From Octopus sinensis (taxonomy: Eukaryota): a stretch of DNA of 64,000 nucleotides. The notes under the pieces are model-generated. The model was not told the origin of the DNA and searched no databases. It saw only the letters and a list, made by a program, of their open reading frames with translations. This document shows positions 11,930-25,329 of the stretch, piece by piece. Within the stretch, counting starts at the first letter, position 1, and each line of letters starts with the position of its first letter. The position numbers and the translations under genes were made by a program. The stretch covers positions 86,056,001-86,120,000 of the forward strand of contig NC_042998.1 in assembly GCF_006345805.1 (NCBI RefSeq), read 5' to 3'.

Positions 11930-13075
11930 GAAATCAACTCTTTGGGGAAATATAAAATTTGTTGAAGTTGAAATTTGCTGGTGATTTTTGTTCCTCTGGC
12001 AAGACCTGTGTTGTTGGTGTTTTGTAGCTACTGTGGTAGTGATTGTGGTCAACACCTCTGCTTTTGTTGGCGTTGTTGTCTTTCATGTAGTATTTGCTGT
12101 TGGTGTTTTTGCTGGAGACCTCTCTGCTTTCTTTTCTTGGGGTTACCTCTGTAGTTGGGGTTGCTTCAGTTGTTTGTGGTGTGAGTGGTGCTTGTATCAA
12201 GGGGGTAGTGTCCTCCTTCTGTTTTAGTCATGGGCAAAAGGCTTTCAGGTGGTTATTTTGTCCACATTGATAGCATCTTGGCCTTCTGTCCTCAACAGTG
12301 ACATTCAGCATAGTGCCATCTACAAGACTGAGTTGATCAGGAATTTGTTTCAAAACGTCTTGGTTTATTTGGATCATTATTTGAAATTCCTGACCAGTCC
12401 TGTTGCTTTTTCCTTATTTCTTGACTTGGATAATTCTGATTTTATCCTCCTAGTCAAGAAGGACAGCCATGATAATTCAGCAAACATTCATTTCTGATAG
12501 TATCTCCAGTATTTTTATCTTGGTGACACTCTGTCCCAAGTATGTTTGAACTAGGATAAGCTCACTGTTTCTCAGTCGGGCTGTTGAATGCTGTTTTGCT
12601 ATGCCTTCTGTAGCAAATCTGACTTCAGTTGTGTCATATTTCTTACTTCTCACCAGATAAGTTACGTCTTTTCAAATGGGTTGCAAGCATTTTTCAACTG
12701 TTTGCTTTCTGGCAGTTTCTATACATCTATTTTTTAATGATATAGTTTTGTACACTATGGCATGTTTGTTCATTTTCTCTGATGGTGTGTTTATCAAAAT
12801 GCTTCTTTTGCTTTTTCTTTTTAAAATGTTTCTGTGAGAGGTTCTACTGAAATATTTATAAACTCATTGCTTGGTTTTGCTATTGAACTGAGAAACCTTG
12901 GCTGTTTAATGCATTGGGTTGCTGTTGTTGTTGTTGGGTGTTCAATGTCTTAGAGTTAGTGGTGGTAGTGGGAGCGCTTGGATTCACAGATGTTGCGACT
13001 CTAGTAGCATCCATTAACTGAATTTCCTTGCTCTTTTCCCCTTTTTTTCTCATTTCTTTTCTTCTTTTTCCTTCT
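11930..13075 (-). pseudogene. Gag-like ORF1 of a non-LTR retrotransposon (L1/Tx1-like), with stops
   Basis: My minus-strand translation is largely open and contains the CX2CX4HX4C knuckle RPRCYQCGQNNHLKAFCP (12234-12275), followed by a Pro/Thr-rich tail. Confidence 0.7.
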
Positions 13076-13472
13076 GATGCTCAATGTTGCACATGCTAGC
13101 AAGACTTTTGTCTTCCCTCTCTCTGCCTTTTTAGGCATGGAGTGGGCAGAGACAGTTAATATTTACATTTTTTGTCTGTCTTCCAACAACAGAGGGAGGA
13201 AGTCAAAAAGAAATGAAGAGCACACACTCTTCTCCAAGGCTATTTTTACAAATTTTAAAAATCGAAAAATGAAAAATTAGAGATTTTAAACTGAAAATTC
13301 ACCCTAAAAGTGGAAAAGTCCCAGCTAACCGCTCAGCTCAGAAATGTTGGCCTGGTCACAGAAATGTTGTAAAAAATTTTCAGATACAACAATATCACCT
13401 GCAAAAATTGCACAAAAACTTACAGTTCACAAACACATGTCCTTCCTCTTTGGAATCCATGAGCAGAGTCCC

Positions 13473-13530
13473 AATAATAATAATAATAATAATAACAACA
13501 ATAATAATAATAATAACAATAATAATAATA

Positions 13531-13563
<33 letters not shown>
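13473..13563. repeat. (AAT)n microsatellite
   Basis: Direct reading; a few AAC interruptions. Confidence 0.97.
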
Positions 13564-13565
<2 letters not shown>

Positions 13566-15510
13566 GAAGAAGAATTTGAAGACCACGTGTTTGTTGAAAT
13601 GAAGCAAGAAGTTCTGAATGAGCTTGTAGTTGTAGGGCGTACAACTATGAATGATAGGGAACCACTCTATAAACTCTCAAATGCACACCAATATAAAACA
13701 CAAATAAAAATTGGCAACTGCATTACACAAGAAATCATACACCAACTAAAACCCGATCTTAATAAATTAAATGAAATTATTTACTCTGTCGCTAAGGTAA
13801 TCGAAAGATGCTGTTTAACACCCAAAAAGGCAACAATACCAAATTCGAAAAGAAAATCAAACTAGAGGAGTAGAATTGAAACTGAAATTGAATCATTGCA
13901 AAGGGAGATATCAATATTAACTGAGCTAATCTCTGGAAATGATGTAAGATCAAGAAAAAGCAGGAAGATTGTGAGAAAATATGGACACTCAACAAGAGAA
14001 CTAATGTCAATGAAAGAAACACTTAAACAAAAAGTTCAAGCAAAAGCTCAGAGAATATGCAGATTTGAGAAAAGAATCAAATTCTACAAACAAAATAAGA
14101 TGTTCAAATCCAATGCCAAATCATTTTACAGGGGAATAGGGAAAGAAAAAATAACCATTGAAAATCCACCCCTAATGGAAGAAGTTGAAAACTTTTGGAA
14201 GGGGATCTGGAGTGATGAGAAACCATACAATGAAAATGCAGAGTGGATCAAATGCACCCAAGATGACTACAAAAATCTACAAGAACAGGTATGGGAAGAC
14301 ATCTCAATCGCCGACCTAAGGAGAGCACGAACGAAGGCTCATAAGTGGAAATTCCCTGGTATTGATAGAGTACCAAATTTCTGGCTCTCATCACTCTCGT
14401 CTGCACACAAAATGTTAGTAATACTATTTAATAGTATTATGAAAGACCCGAAAAAAACGCCCCATTGGATGGCAAATGGTATTACTTACCTCCCCCCCAA
14501 ATAACAAAACAAAAGAACCAAAAAACTACTGGCCTATAACATGTTTATCTACTACCTATAAGATTTTGACATCTATTCTAGTAGAGAAAACATATACGTT
14601 TATGGAAGAGAATAACCTCTTTCCCACTGAAAAAAAGGATGCAGACGAGGCTCATACGGATGCAAAGATCAGCTCCTAATTAATCGCATGATCCTTGAGA
14701 ACTGCCATAACAAGCACAGAAATCTCAGCTCTTCATGGATTGATTATAAAAATGCCTTTGACAGCACCGCATTTGTGGATTCTGAAATCGCTGGACATTT
14801 ACAAAATTTCTCCTGTGATTTCAGATTTTTTAAAGTATAATATGTCACTATGGAACACGAAGCTCCAATTATATCATTCTAATGGAGTATTGTGCTCAAA
14901 CAACATTAGCATAAACTGTGGAATTTTCCAAGGTGACTCACTTTCACCACTAATTTTCTGCATGGCACTAATACCACTCTCAAGTGATCTGAATAGAACA
15001 GGATATGGCTACAAAATTGACAATAGGAAAATAAGCCATCTATTTTATATGGATGATTTAAAGCTATATGGCAAAAATGATGAAGAGCTTGAAGGATTAT
15101 TACATACCGTGAAAGGATTCAGTGATGATATCAGGATGGAGTTTGGCCTTGAAAAGTGTGCCAAAGCCAATTTTAAGAAAGGGAACTTGGTTAAGTCTAG
15201 TTCAATCGAATTAGATGTCGAAACAGTAATAAAGGAACTTAAGCAGGAAGAAACCTACAAATACCTAGGAATAAATTAAGGCTCTGGTATCCAGCATGCA
15301 AGCATGAAAGAGAAGGTTAGGAAGGAATGTTATAGAAGAGTTCGAGCAGTCCTGAAGTCTGAATTGACAAGATTAGTAAATATAAAGACCTGCTAATAGA
15401 AATTGAAAAAATGTGGGACCTCAAGGCGACTACAGTACCAGTGATTGTAGGATCTCTAGGAATGATAAAAAAAGGTACTGAAACCTATGTGAAAACAACA
15501 TCCATCCATG
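13564..15510 (+). mobile_element. R4/Dong-like non-LTR retrotransposon: RT region with frameshifts, internally deleted before the REL endonuclease end
   Basis: KFPGIDRVPNFWL, YWPITCLSTTYK, GCKDQL, GIFQGDSLSPLIF and HLFYMDDLKLY, then a jump to KYKDLLIEIEKMW...PVIVGSLG. Confidence 0.85.
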
Positions 15511-15659
15511 AATTTATTTATTAATTTTTAAATACATATTTTATCGGTGAATTTGCGTGTGTAATCTGGGAATGCATACAATGAGCTACTCTGCCCTAGG
15601 TGTATGGAAAACACTCGGTGAGAAACGGAAGAAAATTTGAATAAAGAAGGAAAAAACAT

Positions 15660-18335
15660 AATAATAATAATAATAATAATAATAATATGTTTCTTTATTA
15701 GCCACACAGGGCTGAACACAGAGGGGACAAAATACAAAGTAGAGCTTTTCTTTTTGGGGAGAAAAAAAAATGGGGGTAGGTTTTCGACCGAAAGGGATCA
15801 TAAAAAAAACGATCAATAGGGATCATGTATCACAGAAATATCATGATATAAAGTGTAAAGGGGGAAACAGATAAGGTTTATCCATGGAAAAAAAAGCCTA
15901 TGGAAAAGACCATGTTAACCTTGGTCAATAATGTCACATATTAACACATTTATTTGCAAGTAAGTAACTCTCTGTTTTAAATTTTCCTGGGTTCATAGGA
16001 TTATGCTCAAGGTGGCTTTGTCATTCATATGTGTCATCCTTGCTACATTCACCCATCTTTTTTTTAAACATTCGCTAGACAAAACTTGCCTCTTTACTCT
16101 CACTTTCCTTTTCAAGTGATACTTGAAGAAGTTGATGAGAGATTGACCAGAGAGGAACGTGCTTGTCTCTAATCCTTTCAGACAAGTCCACCAGATACAT
16201 TATTTCGCCATAGTCACAAGTATGATGAAAATAGCTCTTCCTTCCCATTTGAAGGAAGGAGGCGTGATGATATTGATGATAGACTTGGCTGATAAACTGA
16301 CTCATCCCACACGTGACAGCAGTCATTCGACATAAGCTCACAGGTCGGAAATGGTTGGACACTGCACGAGTGCGTGCAGAATGGTTTCATCGCTCTGACC
16401 GCATCTTGGGCTGGTTGGCCCTGTGTATCTTGAGCCATGTTTGTAGAGCTTATCCTGAACAGGTAGTGCTTTTTGGTAGCACTGCCAGGTCAGGGATCTC
16501 TGGAAGTTGTCCATAGGTCCTAGCCCAAAAGTCGTCTTGAACAGGCAGGTCAGGTATTCCTTATTGACGCCCAGGTTTGCCCTGAGATCGTCGTCGTACC
16601 TACCCTCCACTAATCCCCTATAGAATGCTTTGGTTGTATTGAAGTTGCACAAGATCGACCTGGGACGGCATAGTTGCTTGAGAGCAACGCGATACTTGTG
16701 GTGCCGTTCGCCCTTCCTTGGCCTCTTTTTGATCCATGACTGCAGTTTGGTCATGGAGATGAGCTGCGGGAAAGCGTGCTTCACAAACGGCGACCACACC
16801 TGTTCACCATCGTCTATGTAGAGCCGGCAATGTCGCAGTCTCAGCGCATGTCTGCGCATCATCAACCACGGCATGCCCAGCCCTCCTTTTAATGGGTGTT
16901 GACAACAAATGGATTGCCTGACCATCGGGATGCATCTTTTCCACAAGAAGCAGAAGAGAATGCGTTCTAGTTTGGTGATGGTAGGGTCAGGACAAGGCAC
17001 GATGGTCAGGCAGTTGTAGATGATGGATGCAATGTATGTGTTTGCCACCTCTGCCCAACCTTTTAGGGACAGTTTCCTCTCGGCCCATTGCCAGGCAAGA
17101 GTGACCACCCTACTCATTATCTTGTTCCAGTTCTTCTCCATTTGGAGGTCCGGACCAAACCAGACCTCGAGCAACTCAACCGGACCGTCAGTCCAGTGTC
17201 CCATGATGGAGACTCTGGTGGACGGCATGGGCTTGGTTCTCCAGGTACCGAGCCGCAAGCTCACTAACTTTTCTCGGATGATTGTTGCTCCTTTACCACT
17301 TTGTAGTCTTTCAGTGTCTTACCGACCAGCTCGATGTGCTTGTGACTAGACACTATGATGGTGACATCGTCCGCGTATGCAGACATGTTTGTCCCGCATC
17401 CCAATTCTCGCGGGATGCTCCTCAGAGTTACCAGCTTCTGCAGTAGTAGCTTGAGAGTCAATATGTATAGAAGCGACGAGAGAGGGGCATCCCTGACGGA
17501 CCAAATGTGCAATGTCAAAAGGTCTCGATAGATGTCCATTTACGCAAATTACCGAACGGATGTCTCTGTACAAAGCAGCTATCCAGCTGCAGATGACGGG
17601 ACCGAAACCAGCCTCTCTGAGGATAGCCTCCAAATATTGATGGTCTACCCTATTGAAAGCTTTCAATTGTTCCAAATTGATCTGGGCCCCACCCATGCCA
17701 GGTTCCTTAACTACCTTGTATATGATGTAGCGCATCAGTTGTCATGGATGATCCGGCCCGGCACGGCGCACTTTTGTGCCTTGTTGTCGAGTTTCTCGAT
17801 GCCAAGGCCAACGTCTTGGCTAACACCTTGACCAAAATTTTCAAGTCTGCATTAAGTAGAGTGATGGGCCTAAAGTTATCTATTACATACCCCTTGTTTA
17901 GATCTTTTTTCAGCAGTGTTATGGCTTCTCGGCTCACAGAACCGGGGATGCTCCCGTTTTGCTGCGAGTTGCAGTACACCGCTGCCAAGAGTCTCCAAAC
18001 AAGTCTGGCATACAACTGTAAAGCTCATAGGATAGACCATCCAAACCCGGCGATTTGTCCCTCGAGCATTCTGCCATCGTGTCCCGCACTTCCGCCACGA
18101 TGATGGCACCTTCGCAGTGCCCTGCCTCTCTTGTCAAGAGTCATGGCAGGCTATGTATGTAGGTACTGAAGTCCCCCCTGCATTCTCTCCTGCCACTCGT
18201 CCCGAACTGTTGGGCAAAATGCTGTTGAAAAGCCTCACACATTTTACTTGACTTGAGTAATTCGTGCCCCTGTTCACCTACCAGAGACCGAATGGTGGCT
18301 TTGTTACCTTGTTGCACCTCTGCCACCTGGGCCTC
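15660..18335 (-). mobile_element. L1/Tx1-clade LINE ORF2, 5'-truncated and frameshifted
   Basis: KSPGLDGLSYELY, FRPITLLNADLKILVK, AFNRVDHQYL, VRQGCP, AYADDVT, and the post-RT KLSLKG...FLW...KGGLGMP segment. Confidence 0.88.
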
Positions 18336-18364
18336 TCATGTGGTTCCAAATAATAATGACAATA

Positions 18365-18399
<35 letters not shown>

Positions 18400-19685
18400 C
18401 AACAACAACAACACCAGATATTCTGCTGAAAACCACAAATTTGCTTGTTAGTTGTTTGACCTAAATCAGGTGAGCATGTCCATAGTGGCTGACGATATGT
18501 GCATCTCTGATCACAAGCGGAGTAATGGGGGAGCATCATAAGCATGTTTTGAGAGGGATTCTTTAGCGGCTTGAATAATTCACCCCTGGAAACAAAGGTG
18601 TTTTTATTTGTCATCCTTAGACCACCCTTATATAGGAACTTTTGTGCAGGATGGACTAATTCATCTGAAGAAAATTCTAACTGGGTTCCATCTTCAAGAC
18701 CATGTACTGTCTTTTGTGAAATGAGGTCACCATGTTCCACACAATTGGTTGTGATGCATATGATTGGTGTACCCTTATCAGGTGCGTTGTCATGATGAGT
18801 ATATTGCTTTTTCCATATTTGTACTCCAGCATCACTTTGGTATATACTGTTCATCATCATCATCGCTTAACGTCTGCTTTCCATGCTGGTATGGGTTGGA
18901 CGGTTTGACTGAAAACTGGTAAGCTGTGGGGCTGCACTAGGTTCCAGTCTGATTTTTCAGGGTTTCTACTACTGGATGCCTTTCCTAATGCCAACCACTC
19001 TGAGAGAGTAGTGGGTGCTTTTTACGTGCTACTGGATGGGTGCCATTGACCTGACATCAGTATCACTCATGATTATATCTTAATTGGCTTGACAGATTAA
19101 CATAAGCACTGTATATTGCCAAGGGTCTTGGTCACCTGACACTGCCTCCATGGGGTCCAATGCATGAATGTTGCTTTTTATATGCCACCGGCATGGATGC
19201 CAGTCAGATGGCATTGGTATTGGTCACGACTATGATTTCATTTGGTTCAACAGGTTTTCACAAACACAGCATATTGCCCAGTGATTGAAGGGTGCTTTTA
19301 ATGGGCCACTTAAACGACATTGGCATCAGCCATGACTATAGTCTCACTTGGGTTTTCTCAAGCATGGCATATCGCCAAAAGTCTTGGTCATTTGTCATTG
19401 TTTCTGTGAGGCCCAGCATTTGAAGATTATGCTTCACTACCTCATCCCACGTCTTCCTGGGTCTACCACTTCCACAGGTTCCCTCCATCATTAGAGTGCA
19501 ACATTTCTTCACACAGCTGTCCTCATCCATACACATCACATGACTATATCAGTGCAATCATCTCTCTTGCACACCACATCTGATGCTTCTTATGTCCAAC
19601 TGTTATCTCAGGAGCGCTTACACTCTGTTATGCACGCACACTGACATTACACATCCAAAGGAGCATACTAGCTTCATTTCTTTCA

Positions 19686-19704
19686 ATGTTGTTATTATTA
19701 TTTG

Positions 19705-19760
<56 letters not shown>
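19686..19760. repeat. (ATT)n microsatellite
   Basis: Direct reading. Confidence 0.95.
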
Positions 19761-19762
<2 letters not shown>

Positions 19763-19921
19763 AGTGGGGGATGCGATGGCAGAATGCTCAAGGGACAAAT
19801 CGCCGGGTTTGGATGGTCTATCCTATGAGCTTTACAGTTGTATGCCAGACTTGTTTGGAGACGTCTTGGCAGTGGTGCACTGCAACTCGCAGCAAAACGG
19901 GAGCACCCCAGTTATGTGAGC
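19761..19921 (+). mobile_element. Fragment of about 160 bp from the same Tx1-like LINE, inverted relative to 17936-18096
   Basis: Encodes DAMAECSRDKSPGLDGLSYELYSCMPDLFGD; about 90% identical to the reverse complement of 17936-18096. Confidence 0.85.
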
Positions 19922-19989
19922 TGAGGAGCCAATACATATCTTTTGAGCCTATGCATGTCCTCAGCAGTCTCTGTATAACTAAACAAAAA

Positions 19990-22760
19990 AATATACAAAA
20001 AAATTTGCAATGTCTATTGACGAAAACACATACCAGATCAGTTGTCACTTGAATCAACAAGGGCTGCATCCCTCAAGGAGGAATCAGCCTGGGGTTGAAA
20101 AGTTTGCATTTGAAACAAGCTCTTCTCCAAATATGGACTTGAATAAGATTAATCTCAACCCAGTCCTTTCAGGTTCAGATGCACTAAGAAGTCAAAGATC
20201 TAAATATTACAAATGAACCTGAGAAACTTACAAGTAAGTGATATATACATTCTATTGCTCATTGGGAAAATAATCTGAATCCAAATACATGATAAATTCT
20301 TTTAAGGTATGGAGAGAAAGAAATCTAGACATTAGACCAAACATGGATGAAAACAAACTTACAAATATAAGAGACATTCTTAGAAACAAATGATTAACAG
20401 ATGCAGAATTAAATGAAATCAAGAGGAAAGTCGGAAAGATTTGAAAATATAAACACGAAGGAAGGATGAAAATGAATACATGACAGTAGAGAAACCTTAA
20501 AACTTTAAGAATATTAAGTAACTTCAAAACATGATACTCCATCAATCAAAGAGACCCTGAAACAATAAGTACTGCTGAAAGCTCAAAGAATGAGATTTGA
20601 TAAATGAAACAAACTTCACAGGCAACAGTTGTTTATGTCAGATGCAAAAGATGTTTTTACATGGAAATTGGGTTATAGACAAAAGAAACTCCTTCAATTC
20701 ATGAGATTGATGAATTTTGGAAAAAAGATAGTACAGAAAATTCCCATAATGAGAATGTAGAATGAATAAAGAACATAGAAGAAATGGTCAATAATTTAGA
20801 GAGGCTGACTTGGCCATTTCTTCAGAAATGATCATACTATTGCCTGCTTCTCCACTTCATACAAAATGCTCACCTCAATTTTGACTGAGACGATGTATAA
20901 ATTTATGAACAAAATTCATTTCCCTACTGAGCAGAAAGGTTGCCACTGTGGGTCTTATAGCTGTGAAGACCAACTTCTAATTAAACTATCATAACAAGAA
21001 TAGAAGTTTAAGAACTGCTTGGATTTATTATTAAAAAGTGCATTTGATTGTGTGCCCCATTCATGAATTTTGAAAACTTTGGGTGTTCTGAGGATTTTCC
21101 CAGTAATATGAAATTCCTGAAATACATGTCTTTATAGAATACACATCTAACTTTGTCATACACTACAACTGTTAATGTAAATTCCAGCAGCATAAGCATT
21201 AACTTTTTCAAGATAATTCATTTTCTCTTTCTTTTATTTTGAATTGCATTCAAACCACTAACTGTAGATTTCAACAAAAAATGGCTACAAAATAGATAGC
21301 AAAAACTACAACCACCTGTATTTTGTGGATGATTTGAAACTGCATGCCGAAAATGACAACATGTTGGTAAGACTGTTAAAGAGAGTTAAGGTGTTCAGTG
21401 ATGAAGCAGGGGTAGAGTTTGGGCTGGAAAAATGTGTGAAAGGCAGAATGACAAGCACATATCCAATGGATAAAGATGTGGGTGTAGTAATTATGGAACA
21501 AGATCAAACCTAAAAGTATTTAGACGTCAATGAAGGCTAAAGTATTCATTATGCTAGCATGAAAGAAACAATCAAAAGGAACGCTACAGGAGAGTATGTG
21601 CTGTCTTAAAAACAGAGCTCAACTCAAAGAATGAAATGTGTATCTGCTATAAATACCCTTACAATCCCAGTTATCAACTATGATTGCAATATCATAAAAT
21701 GGACCAATAATGAAAATGGACCAATAATGAAAATGGACTAAAAAGTTTGACCTATAATAAATTAGATCCCTCAAAAGCAGATGTGGATCACCTTTATTTC
21801 TCTGGATGAAGTAGAGTTAGAGGAATGATCGCGCTTGAGCTGCTGTGCAAAATATCAAGTGTTGGGCTCAAACAATACCTTAAAACTTCAGATTACTGGA
21901 TGTTGAAAACAGTTTCAGAATATGGAAGGAAGAAAAGTTTGCGATAAATCTTGAAAGAAAGTTGGAAGTTTGTGGAAGAGTTAGGCATCATCATCATCAT
22001 CATTATCGTTTAGCGTCCGTTTTCCATGCTAGCATGGGTTGGACGGTTCAACTGGGGTCTGTGAAGCCAGAAGGCTTCATCAGGCCTAGTCAGATCTGGC
22101 AGTGTTTCTACGGCTGGATGCCCTTCCTAATGCCAACCATTCCGTGAGTGTAGTGGGTGCTTTTTACATGTCACCCGCACAGGTGCCAGACAGAGCTGGC
22201 AAAGAGCCACGAACGGATGGTGCTTTTTACGTGCCACCGGCACGGGGGCCAGGCGAGGCAGGCAATGGACACGAACGGATGGTGCTTTTTACGTGCTACC
22301 GGCACGAGGCCAGTCGGGGCGGCGCTGGCAACGGTCACGAACGGATGGTTCTCTTACATGCCACCGGCACTGGTAACACATCTGCAACATGTACACTGAA
22401 AATTATGGTCATTCTGAAATTGAGGGTAATGTTGGTGAAAAATGGTTAACAGAAACTGTGCCCTAAATGGGAACAAAAACCACTGCACAGGTGGTATGTC
22501 CTCCATAGCAAAGAATTTTATATAAAATCAAAATTTCACCCATGTTGCTGATTTCTGGACCAAAAACTGAGTGAGGACTTCATTGTGGTTGCACAAAATC
22601 AGTTTCTTTCAACATACAACTTTCAAGTCAATGAGATCAGAAACGTAACAGACCCAAAGTGTTGATTTTGCAATGAGCAAATCGAGATCATTGAACACTC
22701 TGTTTCAGGCTGCAAAGTATTGGTTCCCCAGAAGTATAAAACTGGGTATGATTGAATAAT
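19990..22760 (+). mobile_element. Degenerate R4/Dong-like retrotransposon, interrupted by a SINE at about 21985-22385
   Basis: N-terminal WRERNLDIRPNMDENKL-like segment, VDDLKLHAEND...EFGLEKC, and C-terminal KPLH-x-W and DPKCxFC...HSVSGC knuckle region. Many stops. Confidence 0.7.
21985..22385 (-). mobile_element. SINE-like element with three internal tandem units
   Basis: (cat)n, the family core, and repeated gaacggatggtgctttttacgtgcc units. Confidence 0.85.
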
Positions 22761-22787
22761 TTTCACACACACACATACATATATATA

Positions 22788-23693
22788 AGGGGGTACCCGA
22801 AAGTAACTGGAAACATTCTCTGTGGGACAAGCCCACTGTAGTTCAGACTTCTGCCTCTAGAAGCCACTTGATGTAACCCTCAAGCACGTGTATGCTGGGC
22901 AGCGTCGTTGAGTGTAGTCCTACTGCCATGTGGTGTGTCTTTGTTTTTCAGTGCTTCTTCCCTGTGCATTAATCTTTGTGAAGGCTGAAACGAAGAACAG
23001 CATGCTCCCATGAAATTCTGTTTTCTACTGGGGAAAATGGCTGCCAAAACAGTTGTTATGCTTCAAGTAACTTACAAAGACACTGCCATGAGCAAAACAC
23101 AAGTTTATGAGTGATTTCCACTTTTTAGGAATGGTCATTTGTCACTTGAAAACCAACTTCATTCAGGGTATCCATTGACCTCCTGAATGATTAAAACCAT
23201 CATGAAAATTCATGAACCGATCTTGGAATACCATCACTGACAGTTGACAAACTTGTTGATATGATTGGTGTGTCTTGGAGCTCCTGCCAACAAATTTTGA
23301 GCAAGGAATTGCGAATGAAAAGAGTTGCAGCAAAATTTGTGCCTCACTTACTCTCGGAAGATCAAAAACAGTCACAACTGAATCCATGTCATGAACTGAA
23401 AGAATATTTGGAAACTGATCCAGACCTTTTTTTTTTTTTGAAGGTCATCACTGGTGATGAAATCTGGTGCTATGGAATTTGCAGATGTAGAAGAGGTGAA
23501 GTGAAGAACAACAGAGGTGTTAAAAGGCATCATTTTGCAAGAGTTCCAGCACTGCTTTGAACAGTGGAAAATGCATCTGGAATGATGCATTGCTTGAAAT
23601 GGAGAAGAGTTTGAAAGTGATCAAAGTGTAAACATATAGAACTGTGTGAATAAAATAATATTGCAAAATTCTGGCTTCTTTTGGGTACCCTCA
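22788..23693 (+). mobile_element. Internally deleted mariner transposon
   Basis: Imperfect TIRs ggggtacccgaaagtaactggaa / ttctggcttcttttgggtaccc; transposase fragment MKRVAAKFVPHLL...VITGDEIWCY. The middle of the catalytic domain is missing. Confidence 0.8.
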
Positions 23694-25329
23694 CATATAT
23701 TATTTTCTACTCTAGGCACAAGGCCCAAAATTGTTGAGGAAGTGGGGCAGTCGATTAGATCGATCCAAGTGTGCAACTGGTGCCTAATTTATCGTCCCAG
23801 AAAGGCTAAAAAACAAAGTTAATCTCGGCGGAATTTGAACTCAGAACGTAAAGACAAACATATATATTACAACAGCCTTCTATTTTCATCTACCAAATTT
23901 ACTCACAAGACATTGGACAGTCTGAATATTATAGCAGAAGACTAAAGTGCTGCTCAGTAGGACTAAAACCAAAATTATTTTGTTGTGAAATGAACTATTT
24001 AACTTCATAGCCATGCCTGCACCTATGCATACAAAGATCACTTAATAATCAGTTAAATCATAACTGAAAACTCTAGGATGAGAAAAAAGTGTCAGGTCTT
24101 GGCATAGGTTGATTGGTATCCAGAAGGCTTTTATAGTGTTCTCCACTCATTGATTCTTGAAACATTAACCAATCACAAGTGAATACACCAACCATGTGAA
24201 ATGAATGAGAAATAAATTTGGAGATTCAAACAGAAGAGGTAAACATAAAAATGAACTACATTGCTATTAGAAGAAGAATATTCCACGTAGACTCTCTGTC
24301 CTCATACCTTTTCTGCATGGTATTGTTCCTCTGGAATAAATGCTAAGCCAGACTGACTATGGGTATAAGTATTTCGATAACAACTTTCTGTTATATATTA
24401 ACTCTTAACATTCTATACAACATGAAACAAATAGGACCAAACCATCTTCGTTTACATTTGTTGTAAAGAAGGTTATGAACTCTCTAATCAAAGAAAATCA
24501 TTTATGTTTTGCAATGCTTGTTATTAGCATCAACTCAATGTGTTGCTGAATTTTTGTGATTTTTTCCTAGACTCTGTTTTATAGAAACTTATTTTTAAAA
24601 ATGGTTATGGCAGATAAGTTTTTGAAGGTGATAACTAGAGGAATATATCTCTTTCATGCACACTCAATATCTGACTTTGATCTGTCTAATTCTTCATTGA
24701 GTAACTTGAACAAAATATTATCTGAAGAATGTTTAGACAGTGAGCCTTTTTGTTTTGTTGAATATCTTTTCTCAATTTTTTCTTCTTGTGATTTCAACAG
24801 TACAACTAAGAAGCTATAAGGATCTATCACTTTCTTCTAATGCTTTGAAATTTGGGCAGACTTGGGTATATTTATCATTGGGCTAACAATAATGAACTTA
24901 AAAATCTGCTGGAAAATGCACGTATTTTGTTTGTGATATTTGTATGCCCATATTTATTACCAATATCTTTCTTTTCATATTTTTTTTAATATTGTAATAT
25001 TGTAATAGATTTTTTAATATCTGTTTTCAGTTAATATTATGATATTAATTAACAATCTCATTTGTATACATAAAATTCAACACAAATAAGACTAGGTCTT
25101 TACTACAATACTGTCTATTTTGACAATAATCTAGCCATAATGAAAGACTTATAAACATTTGAATAAACAAACCCATTTGCAAATATGTTCTGCTCAGTTA
25201 TTACAGCACTGAGATTTTAACTTTGAAAAGTTTCAATACAATGTTAAAAGTTAATGTACTCAAGTTGTATTCTGCACATGAAAAGCAAGAAACCTTGCAT
25301 GTGAGACATGGTGTACAGCTTTAATATGG

